A stretch of 21,155 bases of DNA, taken from positions 1 to 21,155 of IMG/VR virus record IMGVR_UViG_3300020048_000033; one strand, written 5' to 3'. Shown here piece by piece: positions 17,170-21,155 of the stretch. This stretch comes from a virus (lineage: Duplodnaviria > Heunggongvirae > Uroviricota > Caudoviricetes). The position numbers and the translations under genes are program-made. A model generated the notes under the pieces. The model was not told the DNA's origin. It made no database searches and saw only the letters and a list, made by a program, of their open reading frames with translations. Positions within the stretch are counted from its first letter, which is position 1, and each line of letters opens with the position of its first letter.

Positions 17170-17206
17170 AAGTTTTGAACTTTTATTAAAATTCCTGTAT
17201 ATTATA
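17170..17206 (+). promoter_or_regulatory. Conserved sigma70-like (early-type) promoter
   Basis: TTGAAC (17175-17180)-17 nt-TATATT (17198-17203); near-copy at 20502-20538. Confidence 0.7.
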
Positions 17207-17242
17207 GGTAGATAATTTGTTTTTTAATCCTACTTGGAAAGA

Positions 17243-17252
17243 CTAACTAATT
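17243..17252 (+). promoter_or_regulatory. CTAACTAATT motif
   Basis: Intergenic, upstream of the SD (AGAGGA) of 17305. Confidence 0.4.
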
Positions 17253-17304
17253 CTCTATGAGCATTTAGAGATGCTTCAATATTAAGACGTAACAAGAGGA
17301 AACT

Positions 17305-17808
17305 ATGAAAATTATACTTAAAGAGGGTCAGGAATTGTTGGATATTCAGGGAAATACCCTACTTAGCGAAAGTGGAGACTTTATCAGCTCAGGCGAAAAA
17401 TTGCAGGAAACGATTTTTGATAATGAAAAAGCCGAGATTATAATGGGATTTTTAAGGGGTGCTTTGTTTACAGGAACCGATACTAATAACCCTGAATCCG
17501 GTGGAGAACCCCTAGAGGATAACTTCACACTTGAAGATTTCTGTGTAGAAAGTAAAGAAAAAGCCAAAAACATTGTAGAATGTTTCTTGAAAAAAATTGG
17601 TGATATTGATGTAGAAGTTGAAGGTAAAGATTTCGATGACCTTGGTATTGATCTTTGGATGACTATGACCCATCAGGGTGTAGGTTTCTGGGATGGAAGT
17701 TGGGGAGATATTGGCGATACCCTTGATGCCTACGCAAAAGAAGTAACTAAGGAATTTTATATAGAAGGTGCTTGGGATACTGATGAGGGTGAAGTAGAAA
17801 TTTATTAA
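17305..17808 (+). CDS. Acidic hypothetical phage protein with N-terminal LKE/LSE/LQE motifs
   Basis: 167 aa, SD AGAGGA. LGIDLWMTMTHQGVGFWD resembles a recurrent phage motif G.D.WLTRN.HG.GFWD of unknown function. Confidence 0.75.
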   Translation: MKIILKEGQELLDIQGNTLLSESGDFISSGEKLQETIFDNEKAEIIMGFLRGALFTGTDTNNPESGGEPLEDNFTLEDFCVESKEKAKNIVECFLKKIGDIDVEVEGKDFDDLGIDLWMTMTHQGVGFWDGSWGDIGDTLDAYAKEVTKEFYIEGAWDTDEGEVEIY

Positions 17809-17816
17809 ATAAAAGG

Positions 17817-17839
17817 AGGGTCAGAAGTCTGACCCTTTT
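17817..17839 (+). terminator. Rho-independent terminator
   Basis: AGGGTCAG-aagt-CTGACCCT-TTT. Confidence 0.75.
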
Positions 17840-17858
17840 AATTTTAAAGGACATTGAT

Positions 17859-19706
17859 GTGAAGTTACAAGAAAATATTACGGATTATGGAACAGATAAA
17901 CATGGAGTAGAATGGGTAAGATTCTTTTTACGAGGAACAGCTACTTGGATTACCCAACGAGATGAAAACTCTGTTTGGTGGTTTAGTGATAATACAGGTC
18001 TTGACCTAATTAGAGCTATAGAAGAAGCATCCGTTTTTTCTAAGAGTGTATATTCAATTAAAGAAATTGATACTGAGTTATATAATGACCTATCTGCATG
18101 GATGGATGGTAGTACAGATAAAACACTTATTGGTAAAGAATACCTAAAGGTAGAAAATAAAATGAGAAAAAACTTAAATGAAACCGAGAAGCGTGAATAC
18201 CGCTTATATGATAAATATCAAGGTGGAGAGGATGTAATTGCTACTTTCAAAACTTTGGAAAATGCTATTTCAAGACTAGTAGACTATGTTAAAGGAACAG
18301 AAGCTTCCGATTATGATAAGTACCAGTCTGTATTTGTTGAAGGTCCCGATCCGTGGAACCATAAGTATTTAATTGGATATGTAATATGTGACAAAGGGTT
18401 ATTTAATGATGATCTTTTTAAGCACATTGAAGATTCTGGAAATATGTATATAACTGTTTATACCGATGGAACTTGGAAAGCAAATGAACTTGCATTAAAA
18501 ACTTTAAAAGATCCATCTGAAAATACTTTAGAAGAAAAAAAGGAAGAAAATATGATTAATAGAATTAAAGAATCTACAAGTTGGTTCGTTACTTATGTAG
18601 GCGAATCTACTAACTGGGATAATAAAGGTGTTAAATATATACCTATGGTAGGTTCTGATAGTATTAGAGAATTTGATGGAAGATTGAGTTTAAACTCTGC
18701 CTTAGTAAAAGCCTGTGAGTATGGAAAAGTGTTGAACAGTAGAACTAAGGGTGGGTATGTCAAGGGCTTGGTAATAGGTCGTAGCGGGTCTCAAAGAAGT
18801 TTTGATGAAACCAATTTGGTTATTTATACCCTTTCGGGATCTAAGACAGGTAAGCATATTGACGACTATGTAGAATCAGGAGAATTTAATATGGATAAAA
18901 AGCCAATGAGAGAAGCAGGACAATATACCTTTGATGGGAGAGTGGAAGATGAGTTTTATGAAGGTAATTCAAGATTCAAAACCATTTACAATTATATCTC
19001 AAAAAGATTTGGACCTGAGTTTGGCAAAAGTCAATCACAGGTAAATGTAAAAGCTTTCTCAGAAGGTATTTATGATTTTATCATAGAAACAAAGGGTGAA
19101 AATCGTTCTGGCGACCAAGAAGAATTGATTGAGTATATTGACAACCTTTTTGAAGACTTTGATGATTTCTTAGACAGTGATATCATGGATGCTGTTAAGG
19201 ATTATATTTGTTCAGAAGTAGAGAATGTAGGAATCAGAGTTGACGATGATGAGTACCTTGAAAATATGTATGCTGATAGCGGTCTTGACTTGGAATATAA
19301 TGAGAATGAATCTGGTTTCGTTGATAGTGAAGATGAAGACACCTACCTATTAGAAAAAGGTCTTACAAAAAAAGACCTTGAGGATTGGTTATCACATCAG
19401 GAAAATCTTAACATTGAAACAATTATTGAAGATCGTTATCAGGATGCGTCTGGTCGTGGTGTAATTTTACTTGGATGCTACCCTATAGGTGAAATGGAAG
19501 AACAACTTCCTGATGAATTACTTCGATTCTTTAGAAATCCTGAGAATACAGATTTACTAATTGATTTAGATCGTAGATTTAAGTATCGGGTCGATAATGG
19601 TATGGTCTATATTGACCTTAGCCAAAAAACTATAAACTATGTAGTGTATTGGAGACAAATTGCTAAGAAGTTCTATGAAGATATGGGAATAGATTCCACA
19701 AAATAA
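17859..19706 (+). CDS. Composite acidic protein (615 aa), apparent fusion of 4-5 modules
   Basis: GTG start with SD AAAGGA. In-frame internal ATGs at 18162, 18552 and 18891, each with an SD-like sequence and followed by an (I/L/M)xE motif. Confidence 0.75.
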   Translation: MKLQENITDYGTDKHGVEWVRFFLRGTATWITQRDENSVWWFSDNTGLDLIRAIEEASVFSKSVYSIKEIDTELYNDLSAWMDGSTDKTLIGKEYLKVENKMRKNLNETEKREYRLYDKYQGGEDVIATFKTLENAISRLVDYVKGTEASDYDKYQSVFVEGPDPWNHKYLIGYVICDKGLFNDDLFKHIEDSGNMYITVYTDGTWKANELALKTLKDPSENTLEEKKEENMINRIKESTSWFVTYVGESTNWDNKGVKYIPMVGSDSIREFDGRLSLNSALVKACEYGKVLNSRTKGGYVKGLVIGRSGSQRSFDETNLVIYTLSGSKTGKHIDDYVESGEFNMDKKPMREAGQYTFDGRVEDEFYEGNSRFKTIYNYISKRFGPEFGKSQSQVNVKAFSEGIYDFIIETKGENRSGDQEELIEYIDNLFEDFDDFLDSDIMDAVKDYICSEVENVGIRVDDDEYLENMYADSGLDLEYNENESGFVDSEDEDTYLLEKGLTKKDLEDWLSHQENLNIETIIEDRYQDASGRGVILLGCYPIGEMEEQLPDELLRFFRNPENTDLLIDLDRRFKYRVDNGMVYIDLSQKTINYVVYWRQIAKKFYEDMGIDSTK

Positions 19707-19718
19707 TTTAACTTAAAG

Positions 19719-19745
19719 AAAGGACTGCTTACTTGCAGTCCTTTT
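19719..19745 (+). terminator. Rho-independent terminator
   Basis: AAAGGACTGC-ttactt-GCAGTCCTTT(T). Confidence 0.85.
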
Positions 19746-19752
19746 AATTTTA

Positions 19753-19763
19753 TGTTAATATAC
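19753..19763 (+). promoter_or_regulatory. TGTTAATATAC motif
   Basis: Identical to 137-147; lies between the terminator and the RNA ligase SD (GAGG). Confidence 0.45.
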
Positions 19764-19777
19764 ATTTGAGGATTATC

Positions 19778-20434
19778 ATGGAAAAGTACAAATACCCAAG
19801 AACATATCATCTTCCCTTCTCAAATACTTCTAATGATGATAAGAAACATCCTTCGGTGGATTTCTTATTGGGAAAGGAAGTTATAGTAACTGAGAAAATG
19901 GACGGAGAAAACTCTTCTTTTTCTCAAGAGTATTATCATGCAAGATCACTCGACTCAAACAATCATCCCAGTAGAGATTATGTTAAACACTTTTGGAGTT
20001 CTATTCAATACTTTATCCCTGAAGGTATCCGTATCTGTGGGGAAAATCTGTATGCTCAACATTCAATTCGATATGAAAATCTTCCTGATTTCTTTCTTGC
20101 TTTTTCTGCTTGGAAAGATGACACCTGTTTAAGTTGGGATGAAACACTTAGATTATTTAAAACTTTAAGTATTTTTCCTGTAAGAACCTTGTATGAAGGG
20201 GTTTATGATATTGAAAAGATTCATGCAAAATGGAAAACACTATCCGAGGGAAAAGAAGGATATGTTATTCGATTGAGGAACAGCTTTACCTATGACAATT
20301 TCTCTGAAAGTGTCGTCAAATTTGTTCGACCAAACCATGTACAAACAGGAGATCATTGGATGAACTCCACCATTATTAAGAATAAAATGAATCCAGACTA
20401 TACCAAATGGTATCGAGACCTTAGAATCAACTAA
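19778..20434 (+). CDS. RNA ligase family nucleotidyltransferase (Rnl2-like adenylation domain)
   Basis: KYPRTYHLP, motif I TEKMDGEN, motif III ICGENLY, IIIa FLAFSAW, IV EGYVIR, V VVKFVR. ATG 19778 after SD GAGG. Confidence 0.88.
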   Translation: MEKYKYPRTYHLPFSNTSNDDKKHPSVDFLLGKEVIVTEKMDGENSSFSQEYYHARSLDSNNHPSRDYVKHFWSSIQYFIPEGIRICGENLYAQHSIRYENLPDFFLAFSAWKDDTCLSWDETLRLFKTLSIFPVRTLYEGVYDIEKIHAKWKTLSEGKEGYVIRLRNSFTYDNFSESVVKFVRPNHVQTGDHWMNSTIIKNKMNPDYTKWYRDLRIN

Positions 20435-20483
20435 TTTTGTACTAAAACAGTACATTTAGTCTATTTTGCACTAAAACAGTACA
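20434..20483. repeat. Tandem 21-bp direct repeat, each copy palindromic
   Basis: ATTTTGTACTAAAACAGTACA (20434-20454) and ATTTTGCACTAAAACAGTACA (20463-20483), 20/21 identical; core TGTACT-N5-AGTACA. Confidence 0.8.
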
Positions 20484-20501
20484 CACTTAAAAATCGTAAG
20501 A

Positions 20502-20538
20502 AAGTTTTGAACTTTTTCTGAACTTCCTATATATTATA
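20502..20538 (+). promoter_or_regulatory. Conserved sigma70-like (early-type) promoter
   Basis: TTGAAC (20507-20512)-17 nt-TATATT (20530-20535); AAGTTTTGAACTTTT is identical to 17170-17184. Confidence 0.72.
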
Positions 20539-20562
20539 TATGTAAGGAAAAAGGGGTTTAAA

Positions 20563-21155
20563 ATGGACAAAGTAGTGCGATTGATGCTGGTTTCCGAAAA
20601 TAATAACAACAAATTTTACGATATGATAGCTCATGGGGATACGTTTACTGCCAATTGGGGTCGAGTCGGTGCAAAATGCCAGACAAAAGACTATCCAATA
20701 TCCTCATGGGATAAAGTGTACCGTGAGAAAACGAATCCAAACAAGTCAGGTGGCCCGTACACAGATGTTACCGCTCATGCTTCTATCAATAAGACTGAAA
20801 AGAATCTCAACATCAAGGACAAGGACGTAAAAGCCCTTATCAACTTCCTTATGTCATCGGCAAAACAATCAATAACTGAATCTTATACGGTCGCTGTAAA
20901 CGAAGTAACCAAAAAACAGCTTGAATCTGCACAGGAACTTCTGGAGAAACTTTCGATTATGTCCGGTAAGAAAACCATTTCTACCGAAGAGGTCAATGAA
21001 GTCCTCCTGCTCCTGTATCGAACCATTCCCCGAAAAATGAAGGACACCAGAAAGTATCTGCTTCAAGAAGCAAGCCATACATTCTTGGATGAACTCCTTG
21101 CCAATGAACAAAATCTTCTCAATACCCTTTCAACTCAGGTTGTAGTATCTACTTC
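20563..21155 (+). CDS. WGR-domain, PARP-like protein (5' part; runs off the window end)
   Basis: Not in the ORF track. Hand translation: MDKVVRLMLVSENNNNKFYDMIAHGDTFTANWGRVGAK...WDKVYREK...LLYRTIPRKMKD...EQNLLNTL, i.e. a WGR domain followed by a PARP regulatory-like helical domain. SD AAGGGG. Confidence 0.8.
   Translation, partial: MDKVVRLMLVSENNNNKFYDMIAHGDTFTANWGRVGAKCQTKDYPISSWDKVYREKTNPNKSGGPYTDVTAHASINKTEKNLNIKDKDVKALINFLMSSAKQSITESYTVAVNEVTKKQLESAQELLEKLSIMSGKKTISTEEVNEVLLLLYRTIPRKMKDTRKYLLQEASHTFLDELLANEQNLLNTLSTQVVVST

Noticed and set aside
20434-20483. Mini CRISPR array
   Set aside because: Only two 21-bp units separated by 8 nt, too short for a spacer; no cas genes or leader.
1028-21111. 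Short alternative-frame or antisense ORFs in the track (e.g. 1028-1219, 5029-5214, 6187-6402, 6404-6652, 7413-7613, 8110-8337, 10624-11010, 11799-12363, 12849-13097, 13166-13363, 13986-14294, 16300-16494, 17346-17573, 19938-20132, 20240-20455, 20633-20830, 20869-21111)
   Set aside because: All lie within or across well-supported genes and show no recognisable motif or convincing RBS; treated as shadow ORFs.
1-21155. Alternative genetic code (TAG/TGA recoding)
   Set aside because: Conserved proteins are uninterrupted under code 11, and TAG/TGA stops fall at sensible gene ends followed by RBSs or overlaps.
1-21155. tRNA, rRNA or riboswitch (e.g. a c-di-GMP riboswitch before the DGC)
   Set aside because: No cloverleaf or GEMM-like GGAAA/tetraloop-receptor pattern recognised in the short intergenic regions; an Infernal/Rfam scan would be needed to exclude this fully.

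Overview
AT-rich (about 30% GC by eye), gene-dense, almost entirely + strand segment. It is most consistent with a large (jumbo/T4-like) dsDNA phage of an anaerobic host, possibly a spirochaete (inferred from the NrdD architecture), and uses the standard genetic code. The left half is a DNA/nucleotide metabolism module: PolA-palm-like protein, SNF2 helicase, QueE-like protein missing its Fe-S cysteine loop, NudE-like Nudix, Rad50/gp46 ATPase, DUF1848-like radical SAM, HNH-like protein and class III RNR NrdD. NrdD carries a 341-aa LAGLIDADG intein that starts with Ala and ends with Gln, and it lacks the glycyl-radical tail. The right half is an accessory region: several proteins with N-terminal (I/L/M)-x-E propeptide-like motifs (one an ART-PolyVal-like ADP-ribosyltransferase, one an apparent fusion of several genes that still carry internal RBS+ATG), a C39-like peptidase, a membrane diguanylate cyclase, an inverted high-GC Cass14-like gene, an RNA ligase and a truncated WGR/PARP-like gene absent from the ORF track. 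Three recurring upstream motifs may be separate promoter classes. All family assignments come from motif recognition by eye, not from database searches.
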